From: an uncultured Chloroflexia bacterium
GTDB taxonomy: Bacteria; Chloroflexota; Dehalococcoidia; DSTF01; JALHUB01
Assembly (NCBI GenBank): GCA_963703345.1
Contig: OY969814.1
Location: 2,080,001-2,144,000 of the forward strand
Direction: 5' to 3'
DNA length: 64,000 nt
In this document: positions 7,638 to 17,729 of the stretch, piece after piece
How positions within the stretch are numbered: position 1 is the first letter of the stretch
How the letters are laid out: the number at the start of each line of letters is the position of its first letter
The notes under the pieces: generated by a model
Seen by the model: the letters and a program-made list of their open reading frames with translations, nothing else
What the model was told of the DNA's origin: nothing
The model's database searches: none
Translations under genes and position numbers: made by a program

Positions 7638-9497
7638 ATGAATATGCCAATGATAGCGACCAAGCAACCTCTTGTCGAACGCGTGGGGGCGCTACCGAAC
7701 AAGCCCGGCGTGTACATCTTCCGCAATGAAGAAGGACGCGTCATCTACGTCGGGAAGGCGGCGGCGTTGCGCAATCGCGTGCGCTCCTACTTCGGCTCGC
7801 CGCGGAGCATGGAGTCGAAGGTGCGGGCGCTGGCGTCGAGCATCGCTGATTTCGACTACATCGTCACGAACACAGCGCAGGAGGCGCTGCACCTGGAGGC
7901 GACGCTGGTCAAGCGGCACCAGCCCGTCTTCAATGTGCGCCTGAAAGACGACAAGCACTACCCGTACCTCAAGATCGACGTGCAGAACCAGTGGCCGCGC
8001 GTCGAGATAACGCGACGCATCGAGAACGACGGCGCGCGCTACTTCGGGCCGTACGCGAGCGCCAGCTCCGTGCGCAGAACCCTCGACGTCGTCAAACGCC
8101 TCTTCCCCTGGCGTCCCTGCACTGAGGAGGTCACCGGTAGTCGCCCGCGGCCATGCCTGGACTTCTTCATCGGGCGCTGCATTGCGCCCTGCTCCGGCGC
8201 CTGCTCCGAGGAGGAGTACGACGAGGTGATCCGCCAGGTGATCCTCTTCCTCGAAGGGCGGACCGAGAACGTGCTGCGGGCGCTGCGAGCGCAGATGGAC
8301 GAGGCGTCGCGGAACATGCAGTACGAGCGGGCGGCGATCCTTCGCGACCAGATTCGAGCCATCGAGAACGTGTCGGAGGCGCAGGTGACGGCGTACGCGC
8401 GGCCGACAGACGAGGACGTCTTCGGTCTTGCGCGGTCGGAGGGCGAAGCGGTGGCGCAGGTGCTGTTCGTCCGCGGCACGAAGATGATCGGCGGCGACCA
8501 CTTCCCGCTCGACGGGACGAAGGGGGAGCCAGACGCGGAGGTGATGAACGGCTTCCTGAAGCAGTTCTACGAGTCGGCGACTTACGTTCCGCGGACGGTC
8601 CTGCTGCCGCTGGAAATTCCGGAGATGGCGGAAATCGAGGATTGGCTGTCGGAGCGGCGCGGTGGTCGCGTGAAGCTGGTGACGCCGAGGCGCGGCACGA
8701 AACGCCGTCTCGTCAATATGGCGACGGAGAACGCCCGCGAGGCGCTGGCGGTGGCGCGGCTGCGCTGGCTAACGGACTCGGGCAAGACGCAGCAGGCGCT
8801 GGAGGAGCTCCAGGAGGAGCTCAATCTGCCAGCGCCGCCAGGTCGCATCGAGTGCTACGACATCTCCGACATCATGGGCGCGCATCCGGTCGGCAGCATG
8901 GTGGTGTTCGTCGATGGGCGGCCCCGGCGCGCGGAGTACCGTCGCTTTCGGGTCAAGAGCGTCGAAGGGGCGAACGACGTGGCGATGATGGCGGAGGTGC
9001 TGCGACGTCGCTTCAAGCGGGCGGCGCAGGCGGTGGAGGCGCAGGAGGAAGCGCAGGCGGAAGGCTGGGGCGCTCTACCGGACCTGCTCATCGTCGACGG
9101 CGGGAAGGCGCAGCTCAACGCGGCGCTCGACGTGTTACGGGAGGCCGGCGTGCCGCTCATTCCGGCAGCAGGGCTGGCCAAGCAGCAGGAGGAACTTTAT
9201 GTGAAGGACGTGTCGGAGCCGATTGTGCTGTCGCGCACGTCGCAGGCGCTCTACCTGCTGCAACGCATCCGCGACGAGGCGCATCGCTTTGCTGTCACGT
9301 ACCATCGCAATGTGCGACAGAAGGCCGGGACGCGCTCGGCGCTGGATGCAATACCGGGCGTGGGGCCGAAGCGGAAGCAGGCGCTGCTGCGGAAGTTCGG
9401 GTCGGTGCGAGAGATACGGGAGGCGAGCGTCGATGAGATTGCCTCGACGGTTGGGTACACGCGGTCGCTGGCGGAGCGGGTGAAGGAGTACCTCTAA
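7638..9497 (+). CDS. uvrC: Excinuclease ABC subunit C
   Basis: GIY-YIG (GVYIF..IYVGKA), UVR domain, ECYDIS, DGGKAQ, RDEAHRFA, HhH; start approximate. Confidence 0.97.
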   Translation: MNMPMIATKQPLVERVGALPNKPGVYIFRNEEGRVIYVGKAAALRNRVRSYFGSPRSMESKVRALASSIADFDYIVTNTAQEALHLEATLVKRHQPVFNVRLKDDKHYPYLKIDVQNQWPRVEITRRIENDGARYFGPYASASSVRRTLDVVKRLFPWRPCTEEVTGSRPRPCLDFFIGRCIAPCSGACSEEEYDEVIRQVILFLEGRTENVLRALRAQMDEASRNMQYERAAILRDQIRAIENVSEAQVTAYARPTDEDVFGLARSEGEAVAQVLFVRGTKMIGGDHFPLDGTKGEPDAEVMNGFLKQFYESATYVPRTVLLPLEIPEMAEIEDWLSERRGGRVKLVTPRRGTKRRLVNMATENAREALAVARLRWLTDSGKTQQALEELQEELNLPAPPGRIECYDISDIMGAHPVGSMVVFVDGRPRRAEYRRFRVKSVEGANDVAMMAEVLRRRFKRAAQAVEAQEEAQAEGWGALPDLLIVDGGKAQLNAALDVLREAGVPLIPAAGLAKQQEELYVKDVSEPIVLSRTSQALYLLQRIRDEAHRFAVTYHRNVRQKAGTRSALDAIPGVGPKRKQALLRKFGSVREIREASVDEIASTVGYTRSLAERVKEYL

Positions 9498-9612
9498 CCG
9501 CGGAAAGCGGCACTGGTCCGGCGCGACGAGTCCGCCCCCGGCAGACGAGGAGCGCAACCCCGAACGCGATCACCGCAGGCCACGCCACCCTGTCGAGCGG
9601 TCGATGGCGCAC

Positions 9613-10410
9613 CTAGCTGTTGATCGCTTCCTCCTCGTCCTCCTCCTCATCGTCGAAGTCCTCTTTGAGCGCGAACGGCGTCACATACTCGACGAGCGTC
9701 TTCGCGTTCTGGACAGCGAAGGCGTTGGCGTCGTTGTTGAAGTAAACGAACACCTCGCGGACGTCTTCCGGTAGATCGCGCAGGCGGGCCGCCCAGATCG
9801 CCAGGTCGCCGTCGGGATAGGAGCCGCCGTAGACGCTGTCGGCGCCGTGAAAGCGCAGGTAGGCGAAGTCGGTCGTCGCTTCCAGCGGCGTCTCCCAGCC
9901 GGCCATGTGGAAGGCGCAGAAGCCGGCGTTGTGCACCCGCAGCAGGGAGAAGAGCTCCGGGTTGAACCAGGAGTCATGGCGAAACTCGAAGACGTGGCGC
10001 ATGTCGGCCGGAAGGAGCGACAGGAAGGCGGTGAGACGTTTGACATTCTCCGGCTTGTAGTGGAAGTTGGGCGGCAACTGGTAAAGCACCGGGCCCAGCG
10101 CGTGGCCGAGCAGTCGGGCGCGGCCGAGAAAGTTCTGCAGCGGCTCTTCGCAGTCTTTCAGTCGCTTGACGTGGGTCATGTAGCGGCTGGCCTTCACCGC
10201 AAACTGGAAGCCGCGTGGCGCCGACTTGTGCCACTTTCGCCACGTGTCCTCTGAAGGCAGACGATAGAAGCTGTTGTTCACTTCGACTGTGGAGAAGTGT
10301 TGGCTGTAGAACTCGAACCAGTAGCGGGCGGGCAAGTCCGGCGGGTAGAAAGGCCCGCGCCAGTGCTTATATACCCAGCCGGAAGTCCCAATATCGTAGC
10401 GTGAAGGCAT
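9613..10410 (-). CDS. DUF72-family protein
   Basis: IGTSGW.Y, TVEVNNSFY, YQLPP, EFRH.SW, YLRFHG, YFNND; acidic tail. Confidence 0.92.
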   Translation of the reverse strand: MPSRYDIGTSGWVYKHWRGPFYPPDLPARYWFEFYSQHFSTVEVNNSFYRLPSEDTWRKWHKSAPRGFQFAVKASRYMTHVKRLKDCEEPLQNFLGRARLLGHALGPVLYQLPPNFHYKPENVKRLTAFLSLLPADMRHVFEFRHDSWFNPELFSLLRVHNAGFCAFHMAGWETPLEATTDFAYLRFHGADSVYGGSYPDGDLAIWAARLRDLPEDVREVFVYFNNDANAFAVQNAKTLVEYVTPFALKEDFDDEEEDEEEAINS

Positions 10411-10548
10411 CGGCGCTCCATTTCGAATCTGACCCCCGCGACGGCCGAGATTGCGTCGCATTATATCATCGGCCGCAGTTGGGGAGCGCTTGAGCTTGTG
10501 CTATCGTAAGGGAGAAGCGGGGATAGAGTTGAACTGGAGGCCCGGGGA

Positions 10549-11208
10549 ATGGAAATCGACTTCGCGATGGCTCGACTGGCGATGGTCGAGGGCCTGCGGT
10601 CGGAGATCGGGGACGAACGCGTGCTGCGGGCGGTAGCTCGCGTCCCGCGCGAGGAGTTCGTCCCTCCTGAGTATCGTCACTTGGCCTACCAAGACCGTCC
10701 AATTCCCATCGGCTACGGCCAGACAATATCGCAGCCGCTTATGGTCGCCATGATGACGGAGCTGCTTCATCTCAAGGGCCACGAAAAGGTGCTGGAGGTC
10801 GGCACCGGCTCCGGCTACCAGGCGGCGATCCTGGCGGAGCTGGCGGCGCGGGTAGAAACGGTGGAGCGAGTGCCCGAGTTGGCGGAGATTGCCACCGAGC
10901 GATTGCGTCGCCTGGGGTACACGAACGTCGTCGTGCACGTGGCCGGCGGAGCGCTGGGCTGGCCGGAGGAAGCGCCCTATGACGGCATCCTGGTGACGGC
11001 CGGCGCACCGCGCGTCCCGCGTCCGCTGGTCGAGCAGCTTGCGATAGGCGGCCGGCTGGTCATCCCGGTCGGACGACGACAGATCCAGCAGCTTCTATCG
11101 GTCACGCGCCAGCCGGATGGCGTGAAAGTGCGTCGCCACGGGCCGTGCCGATTCGTGCCGCTGATCGGCGAGCAGGCCTGGCCGGAAGAGGAGTCAGCTT
11201 CGCGCTGA
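10549..11208 (+). CDS. pcm: Protein-L-isoaspartate O-methyltransferase
   Basis: GQTISQP, VLEVGTGSGYQAA, APYDGILVTA, FVPLIG. Confidence 0.96.
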   Translation: MEIDFAMARLAMVEGLRSEIGDERVLRAVARVPREEFVPPEYRHLAYQDRPIPIGYGQTISQPLMVAMMTELLHLKGHEKVLEVGTGSGYQAAILAELAARVETVERVPELAEIATERLRRLGYTNVVVHVAGGALGWPEEAPYDGILVTAGAPRVPRPLVEQLAIGGRLVIPVGRRQIQQLLSVTRQPDGVKVRRHGPCRFVPLIGEQAWPEEESASR

Positions 11209-11429
11209 ATCCGACTCCTATCAGCACAGACTCGCTACCCTCAATCACACGTGTCGTCGCGCTTTGTTCCGCTCGCATGCCCTTCCGACGCCCCGCAGCC
11301 AGCAAGAGCCGTCGTCCCGAAAAATTACCATAATTTCCTCCGCTCGCTCATAGACAATGGCCGACGCTGTGGTAAAATGGGCTCGCTTCTTCCCCGACCA
11401 TTTCATGCAAGGCAAGGCGAGGTGAGGTC

Positions 11430-12341
11430 ATGGACGACCATGTCGGTCAGTTCCTTCACTACCTATCGGTCGAAAAGGGTTCCTCCGCCAACACGATCGC
11501 CGCTTATAGCATCGATCTAACGCAATTCCGCGGCTACCTCTCCGCCTCGCGCAACGGCAACGGCGACTCCCTCTGGAACGGCGTCAACCGCGCCTTCGTC
11601 ATTGACTACATCTCTGACCTGAAGCGGCGCCAGTACGCCGAGGCGACCGTTGCCCGCAAGATCGCGGCGATAAAGGCGTTTTTCGCCTTCCTCCACGAGG
11701 TCGAGGGGATCGTCAAACAGAATCCGACGGAGAACGTCGGCTTCCGCGTCCCCAAGTCATTGCCAAAGCCGCTCTCGATCAAAGAAGTCGACGAGCTGCT
11801 GGAGCAACCGGCCCGCGCAGCTACACCGGAGGCGAAGCGCGACAAAGCGATGCTCGAGCTCCTGTACGCGACCGGCATGCGCGTGACGGAGCTGGTCTCT
11901 CTGGACATGAGCAGCGTCCATACCAACGCCGACGCGCCGCACGTGCGCTGCATGGGCAAGGGGTCGAAGGAGCGCACGATACCGATTCATAAGGACGCGC
12001 TTGAGGCTATCGAGGACTACCTCGACGACGCCCGGCCGCGGCTTGTGCGGGACAAGCATGAGCCGGCGCTCTTCGTCAACCGGCGCGGCTACCGGCTTAC
12101 TCGACAGGGCTTCTGGCTGATTCTGAAGGGCTACGCCAAGAAGGCGTCGATCAACAAGTCCGTCACGCCGCACACCTTGCGCCACAGCTTTGCCACTCAT
12201 ATGCTGAGGGGCGGTGCGCCTTTACGTAACGTCCAGGAGCTCCTGGGGCATGCAAACATGTCGACGACGCAGGTCTACACGAAGCTCACAGACGACATGG
12301 TGCGCCAGGTCTACGAGAAAGCACACCCTCGGGCCAAGTAA
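11430..12341 (+). CDS. xerD: Site-specific tyrosine recombinase XerD
   Basis: LLYATGMRVTEL, GKGSKER, TRQGFW, PHTLRHSFATH, LLGH..STTQVY. Confidence 0.92.
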   Translation: MDDHVGQFLHYLSVEKGSSANTIAAYSIDLTQFRGYLSASRNGNGDSLWNGVNRAFVIDYISDLKRRQYAEATVARKIAAIKAFFAFLHEVEGIVKQNPTENVGFRVPKSLPKPLSIKEVDELLEQPARAATPEAKRDKAMLELLYATGMRVTELVSLDMSSVHTNADAPHVRCMGKGSKERTIPIHKDALEAIEDYLDDARPRLVRDKHEPALFVNRRGYRLTRQGFWLILKGYAKKASINKSVTPHTLRHSFATHMLRGGAPLRNVQELLGHANMSTTQVYTKLTDDMVRQVYEKAHPRAK

Positions 12342-12381
12342 CGAGCTCAGCGACGAGCCTCTCCCAAGCAGCCGCAACCTG

Positions 12382-14289
12382 ATGCGTTCGGCTGCTTTCT
12401 TCTTGCTTGGACTCATCGCCATCTTCGGCGCAGTCGCTTGCGGCAGCAGCAACAGCGGACCGGCGCCTACCACAACAGTAACCGCCACAGCCGTCGCAAC
12501 ACCCGCGCCCGCCGTCGGGCCCGTCCCCGAAACGGACAGCCTTCCCTCCCGTGACCTGCTCGACCTGGCGTTTCGGCTCAAGGGGCTGCAAACGCCACCC
12601 GCCGATCCGGTAAACCCACTGCCGCAGAGCCTGAGCGTCGGCGACCAACACGTGTTCAACCTGGTCATGATGCCGCAACCGGGAACGGCCGGCGACCAGC
12701 CGCCGAAGGTAGTGCCGGCCCCGGCGACGCTGCGATTGGTGACGCCGCACGCCTACTTCTACGTCCAGGACGGGCAATCGGCGTCGTCCGACGACATCAA
12801 CACAGCCGGGCAGCGATTCGAGAACGAAGTCTACCCCGTCGTGACGAGCGCTTTCGGCATGGAGCTTAGCCCCGGCATCGACAACGACGCGCACATCACC
12901 ATCTTCAACGGCCAGCTAGAGGGCGCCGCCGGCTACTTTTCCGACCTGGACGAGTATCCGAAGGCCCTGGCCCCTCTGAGCAACGAACGGGAGATGGTGT
13001 ATTTGGACCTCTCGCTGGGGATGGGCAGCGATGACTACACCTCCGTTCTTGCTCACGAGCTCCAGCACCTCATCCACTTCAACGGCAACCCGCGAGAGGA
13101 TGTCTGGGTAAACGAAGGCATTTCCGTCGTCTCTGGGAATCTTGCCGGGCAGAGCGACGACTTCCGCAACACGTTTCTCAAGCAGCCGGACACGCAGCTT
13201 ACGTCCTGGAACCTCAATGGCGACAACTACGTCCACTACGGCGCCGCCGGCCTCTTCTTCCGCTACCTGTCGCTGCGCAGCGGCGGCGCGAGCACGCTGC
13301 ACGATCTTGTTTTCGAGACGGGAAAGGGGATCAGCGGCATCGAGGACTTCCTGCGAAAGCACGACGAGCCGAACTTCAACGACGTCTTCGCCGACTGGAC
13401 GGCGGCGAACTACACGGGCGGCCCGCAAGGCTACTTGGCCGCCGACCAGCGCGTCGCCACGACCACCACGCTCGACGGGCCGAAGAGCGCCGGCGCGACC
13501 GTGCAGCAGTTCGCCGCGAACTACATCGAGGTCGATCTGCCGGGCCAATCGGGAGGGTTCAGCTTCAACGGCGCGGAGACCGTGCCACTGCTATCGGACC
13601 AACCGCACAGCGGCAGCGGCCAGTGGTGGTCCGGCCGCGGCGACGACATAGACACGACGCTGACGCGCGAACTCGACCTCGAATCGGTGAGCAAGGCCAC
13701 GCTCCAGTTCTGGACGTGGTTCGATATCGAGCACTGGTACGACTTCGGCTACGTAGAGGTGTCCACCGACGGCGGCACGACCTGGCAGGCCCTGCGCGGC
13801 AAGCAGACCAGCGACGACGACCCTGTGAAGCAGGCGTACGGGCCGGGCTATGGTGGCGAGAGCGGCGGCGGCCCGTCGCCCGCGTGGGTGCAGGAGTCGA
13901 TGGACCTGACGCCGTACGCCGGCAAGAAGATGCTCCTACGCTTCGAGTACGTGACCGACGGCGGCGTGAGCGGACAAGGCTGGGCAATCGACGACGTGAG
14001 CGTGCCGGAGATAGGCTTCTCGGACGACGCGGAGACGAACCGCGATTGGCAGGCGAACGGATTCCAGCGTATCGACGCGCCGATAGCGCAAAAGTTCGAG
14101 GTGCAGGTCGTGAACGTCACCGCCGGCTCGCCGGGGGAGCGGGTGCCGCTGGACGCTTCCAACGATGCCGTCATTCCGCTGGCCGGCTCCGCTCAGGGGC
14201 CCACGAAGTACGTCATCGTCGTCGCTGCGGAGAGCCAGGGCACGACCGAGGAAGCGCACTACTCCTACTCGTTGACCACCAGCCAGTAG
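12382..14289 (+). CDS. Lipoprotein Zn-metallopeptidase with immune-inhibitor-A-like C-terminal domain
   Basis: Lipobox AVAC, AHELQHLIH..WVNEG zincin motif, DFGYVEVSTDGG..W and RFEYVTD..GWAIDD beta domain. Confidence 0.8.
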   Translation: MRSAAFFLLGLIAIFGAVACGSSNSGPAPTTTVTATAVATPAPAVGPVPETDSLPSRDLLDLAFRLKGLQTPPADPVNPLPQSLSVGDQHVFNLVMMPQPGTAGDQPPKVVPAPATLRLVTPHAYFYVQDGQSASSDDINTAGQRFENEVYPVVTSAFGMELSPGIDNDAHITIFNGQLEGAAGYFSDLDEYPKALAPLSNEREMVYLDLSLGMGSDDYTSVLAHELQHLIHFNGNPREDVWVNEGISVVSGNLAGQSDDFRNTFLKQPDTQLTSWNLNGDNYVHYGAAGLFFRYLSLRSGGASTLHDLVFETGKGISGIEDFLRKHDEPNFNDVFADWTAANYTGGPQGYLAADQRVATTTTLDGPKSAGATVQQFAANYIEVDLPGQSGGFSFNGAETVPLLSDQPHSGSGQWWSGRGDDIDTTLTRELDLESVSKATLQFWTWFDIEHWYDFGYVEVSTDGGTTWQALRGKQTSDDDPVKQAYGPGYGGESGGGPSPAWVQESMDLTPYAGKKMLLRFEYVTDGGVSGQGWAIDDVSVPEIGFSDDAETNRDWQANGFQRIDAPIAQKFEVQVVNVTAGSPGERVPLDASNDAVIPLAGSAQGPTKYVIVVAAESQGTTEEAHYSYSLTTSQ

Positions 14290-14326
14290 CGGCATTGGCC
14301 TGACATTCGCCAACAGGAGAGACGAG

Positions 14327-14893
14327 ATGAAGCGAGAAGAAGCCTGGGAGCTGCTCTGCGAGTACACGAAGAGCGATAGCCTGCGCAAGCACGGCCTTGC
14401 GGTGGAGGCCGCGATGCGTCACTACGCGCGCAAGTACGGCGACGACGAGGAGAAGTGGGCGGTCGTTGGCCTGCTGCACGACTTCGACTATGAGATCCAC
14501 CCCACGCTGGACAAGCATCCGCAGGAGGGCGCGAAGATCTTGCGCGAGCGCGGCGTCCCGGAGGAGATCGTACGAGCGGCGCTGAGCCACGCCGAGCACC
14601 TCGGGCTGTCCCGCGATTCGATCATGGAGAAGACGCTCTACGCCGTCGACGAGCTCTCCGGCTTCATCATCGCCGTGGCGCTGGTGCGGCCGAGCAAGAG
14701 CATCCTCGACGTGGAGCCGTCGTCGGTGCGGAAGAAAATGAAAGACAAGGCTTTCGCGCGGGCGGTGAACCGCGACGACATCATCAACGGCGCGCAGGCG
14801 ATGGGCGTCGACCTCAACGAGCACATCGCCGAGGTGACGGAGGCGCTGAAGGGGATCGCGGACGAGCTCGGGCTGCGCGGGACGGCCGTCTAG
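14327..14893 (+). CDS. HD-domain phosphohydrolase
   Basis: H...GLLHDFDY..H; AVDELSG; conserved FARAVNR. Confidence 0.88.
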   Translation: MKREEAWELLCEYTKSDSLRKHGLAVEAAMRHYARKYGDDEEKWAVVGLLHDFDYEIHPTLDKHPQEGAKILRERGVPEEIVRAALSHAEHLGLSRDSIMEKTLYAVDELSGFIIAVALVRPSKSILDVEPSSVRKKMKDKAFARAVNRDDIINGAQAMGVDLNEHIAEVTEALKGIADELGLRGTAV

Positions 14894-15396
14894 TCTTCGA
14901 CGAACTCGCTCTCGCGGCCCAGCGTCAGCAACGCCGCAGTCGAGATGAGGAAGAGCGCCGTCATGATAATCGCTGAGCTTGCGCACCAGATGCAGACGGC
15001 GTCGATGACGAAGAGCTCGACGTAGGTCAGGTAGACGGAGTAGGCGAAACCGGCAAGGCTCATCCCCCAGATCAGGAGTAGCGGCCGGTTCTCGAAGCGA
15101 TCTCCCGTGGCCAGCCAGAAGAGCGAGACCGACAGTATCGCCAGGTAGCCGAGCAGCCCGAGGAAGGCGACAGGGACGCCGCCAATCCACGCGTAGCTGC
15201 TCTCGGCAACCACACGGCAGGTATGCAAGCCTCCGCAGGCGATGGGCTTGTTGAACCAGTGGACGTAGGTCAGGTAGCCGGCGACACCGGCGCCCGCCAC
15301 CTCCAGCAGTGCCAGCAGGCCGGCGACTAGCTTCTCTGCGAGTCCGGCGCTGACCACCGCTACGCCCTCATTCTCCGCCACGTCCACCTCTCCCAT
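14890..15396 (-). CDS. Vitamin K epoxide reductase (VKOR) family protein
   Basis: C.....C loop pair, SSYA, CIWC active site, TM helices. Confidence 0.92.
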   Translation of the reverse strand: MGEVDVAENEGVAVVSAGLAEKLVAGLLALLEVAGAGVAGYLTYVHWFNKPIACGGLHTCRVVAESSYAWIGGVPVAFLGLLGYLAILSVSLFWLATGDRFENRPLLLIWGMSLAGFAYSVYLTYVELFVIDAVCIWCASSAIIMTALFLISTAALLTLGRESEFVED

Positions 15397-16139
15397 TACT
15401 GGCCCGCAAGCACCTTGTCGATGTCGGTCTTGAACGCGCTATAGTCCTGCGCGCCGATGATCTGCTTGGCGCCGGGGAAGGGGACCGACTCACTGTTGAT
15501 GACGCTCGTCTGGCCGAGGTAGAACGTCGGTGTGGAGTTGACGCCGGCCGCGAGGTCGCTGTTGGTGCCGCTAACGATCTGGTCTTTGTACTTGTCAGAG
15601 TCGAGGCAGGAGTTGAAAGCGGTGGTGTCCAGGCCAAGGTCTTTCGCGTACTGCTTGAGATTGTCCTTGCTGTACGGATTGACGGTGGAGAAGTTGGCGA
15701 ACACAAGGTCGTGGTAGTCCCAGTAGTGGTTCTGCTCGCCAGCGCAGAGTGCCGCCTCCGAAGCCGTCAGCACGTCGCCGCTCGCTTCCAACGCTAACGC
15801 GCGGAAGATGATCCGCAGCTTACCAGTATCGACGTAGTCCTTCTCGATGCTTGGGGCCGTGTTCAGGGCGAAGTCGGCGCAATGCGAGCAGTCGAATCGG
15901 AAGTACTCGACGAGCGTGGCTGGGGCGCTGTCCTGGCCAGCGGACGCGTCGCTCTGCGGCGCCGAGTGAGTCGGGCCGGGAGTCGCCCTGGTGGCGCTGA
16001 CGTTGCTACCGCCGCCGACGACGTTGCTCACTACCACGATGATGACAACAACGAGTACGGCCCCCACACCTATAAGCGCTATGGGCACCCAGGCGCGCTG
16101 CGACGATGCTTGCTTCCTTCTCGCTCTTCTTGGTTGCAT
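15396..16139 (-). CDS. Membrane-anchored DsbA-family oxidoreductase
   Basis: N-terminal TM, CSHC, GVNSTPTF cis-Pro loop; abuts the VKOR gene. Confidence 0.92.
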   Translation of the reverse strand: MQPRRARRKQASSQRAWVPIALIGVGAVLVVVIIVVVSNVVGGGSNVSATRATPGPTHSAPQSDASAGQDSAPATLVEYFRFDCSHCADFALNTAPSIEKDYVDTGKLRIIFRALALEASGDVLTASEAALCAGEQNHYWDYHDLVFANFSTVNPYSKDNLKQYAKDLGLDTTAFNSCLDSDKYKDQIVSGTNSDLAAGVNSTPTFYLGQTSVINSESVPFPGAKQIIGAQDYSAFKTDIDKVLAGQ

Positions 16140-16185
16140 TCGTTCTGCCTCAGCTATCTAGTGTGCCGACTATGCGGCCCGACGA

Positions 16186-17139
16186 TCAAGCCTGCCTTTC
16201 GGCCGGCGGGCTCTCCGCGTTTTCTGCTTTCAGGAAATCGATTATAGCGCGTGAGCACTCTTGGGGCTGCTCCTCCAGAACGAGATGGCCGGCTTTCTCA
16301 ACGAGCACGAAGCCGGCGCCGGGGATCAGCTCCCGCAATCGCTCTCCGTGAACGAACGGCATCCAGCGATCGGCGGTTCCCCAGATGATGAGCGTCGGCT
16401 GGGTGATGGAAGCGACGTCGAGGGGCGCATCGAGCCGCCGGTCGACCATGAGCGAGCCGAGGGCGTGGAGATGGCCACGGATATGTGTCGGCGCCAGGTA
16501 GCCCTCCATGATCTCCGTCGTGACGAAGGCGGGGTCGTAGCAGGCGCTGCGGAGGGACATGCGGCGAAAGCGCTGGTTTTGCAGAGTGAACGCGGCGACG
16601 ACCGGCAGGAACGGCCGGATCAGGCGAGCGCTGCGCAGGCCGCGTCGCAGCTCGCTGTCGTCGGCGGCGGAGACGAGGATGAGGCGCTCGATGCGCTCCG
16701 GGAAGGCGAGGGCGAGTCGCATCGCGACGGCGCCGCCCAGCGAGTGGCCGAGGACGAACGCTTTCTCGATGCCGAGCGCGTCGAGGAAGCCGGCGACGAG
16801 TCGCGCTTGCTCCCCCAGCGAGTAGTCGCCGCCGGAGGGCCGGTCGGAATAGCCGAAGCCCTTCAGGTCGAGGGCGATGGTACGGAAATGGGGCGCCAGG
16901 TAGGGCATCAGGAGGCGAAAGCTGAAGGTCGAGCCGTTCAGGCCGTGCAGCAGGAGGAGCGGCGGCCCTTCGCCCGCCTCCACGTAATGGAGCCGCACGC
17001 CGTCGACGTGAACCTTCTGACCCGGCTTGACGACGGCCGTGAGGTCGGTGTCTTCCCAGCGGCGCACCTTCCGGCTGGAGTAGCTCCAAACGGTGCCGAG
17101 GACCGCGGCGAGAAGGAAGAGGCGCTTTCGTGAAGTCAT
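16186..17139 (-). CDS. Alpha/beta hydrolase
   Basis: LLHG, DLKGFGYS, GHSLGG nucleophile, WG..D, AGH. Confidence 0.92.
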   Translation of the reverse strand: MTSRKRLFLLAAVLGTVWSYSSRKVRRWEDTDLTAVVKPGQKVHVDGVRLHYVEAGEGPPLLLLHGLNGSTFSFRLLMPYLAPHFRTIALDLKGFGYSDRPSGGDYSLGEQARLVAGFLDALGIEKAFVLGHSLGGAVAMRLALAFPERIERLILVSAADDSELRRGLRSARLIRPFLPVVAAFTLQNQRFRRMSLRSACYDPAFVTTEIMEGYLAPTHIRGHLHALGSLMVDRRLDAPLDVASITQPTLIIWGTADRWMPFVHGERLRELIPGAGFVLVEKAGHLVLEEQPQECSRAIIDFLKAENAESPPAERQA

Positions 17140-17225
17140 TGCTTTTTCCGGCGCGGGATCGTGTTGGTCGAAATCTCCCGGCGGCCTTCAGTATAACATC
17201 GCGGCAAGAAATCGGCTGGCGCGGC

Positions 17226-17254
17226 TTGACAAGGCAACGAGGGCGATCTATTTT
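17226..17254 (+). promoter_or_regulatory. Sigma70 promoter of the Fur/Zur-metal ABC operon
   Basis: TTGACA-17 bp-TATTTT. Confidence 0.7.
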
Positions 17255-17258
17255 GAAG

Positions 17259-17275
17259 TTGATACCAGGTATCAA
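17259..17275. promoter_or_regulatory. Fur/Zur-box-like operator
   Basis: Perfect 8-1-8 inverted repeat TTGATACC-A-GGTATCAA between the -10 box and the Fur-family ATG. Confidence 0.75.
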
Positions 17276-17279
17276 AGCA

Positions 17280-17708
17280 ATGAGAACGAAAGAAGCCACT
17301 GTAGCGGACCTGCTGAAAACAAGGGGGCTGCGGCTCACGCCCAGCCGTCGCACCATTGTCGAGAAGGCGCTGGCTGGCGACGAGCCGTTCAGCGTCGCGG
17401 ACATGCAGCGCCTCCTGCCGGGCATCGGCAGGGCGACGGTCTTCCGCACGATCCGACTGCTCGTCGACCTCGACCTGCTGTGTCGCGTTCTGCTGGAGGA
17501 TGGCACGCCGCGCTACCGGGCCAGTCGCGCTGCTCATCATCATCACCTCGTGTGCACCGGCTGCGGCAGCGTCGAAGATTTCGCCGAGTGCGACCTCAGC
17601 GCTGTGTCCGCGACTCTTGCCGGTCGCACGAACTACGAGATCCAGGGGCATCGACTGGAGCTGTTCGGACTTTGCCCCACCTGTCGCGTCGCCGCCGCGT
17701 CGCCATGA
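17280..17708 (+). CDS. Fur-family regulator (Zur/Mur-like)
   Basis: GLRLTPSR, ATVFRT, HHHHLVCTGCG, GLCPTC. Confidence 0.92.
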   Translation: MRTKEATVADLLKTRGLRLTPSRRTIVEKALAGDEPFSVADMQRLLPGIGRATVFRTIRLLVDLDLLCRVLLEDGTPRYRASRAAHHHHLVCTGCGSVEDFAECDLSAVSATLAGRTNYEIQGHRLELFGLCPTCRVAAASP

Positions 17709-17729
17709 CGATCTGAGGGGATCAAGACC

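Noticed and set aside
11430-12341. Integrase of a mobile element
   Set aside because: XerD-type motifs, housekeeping context and host-like composition
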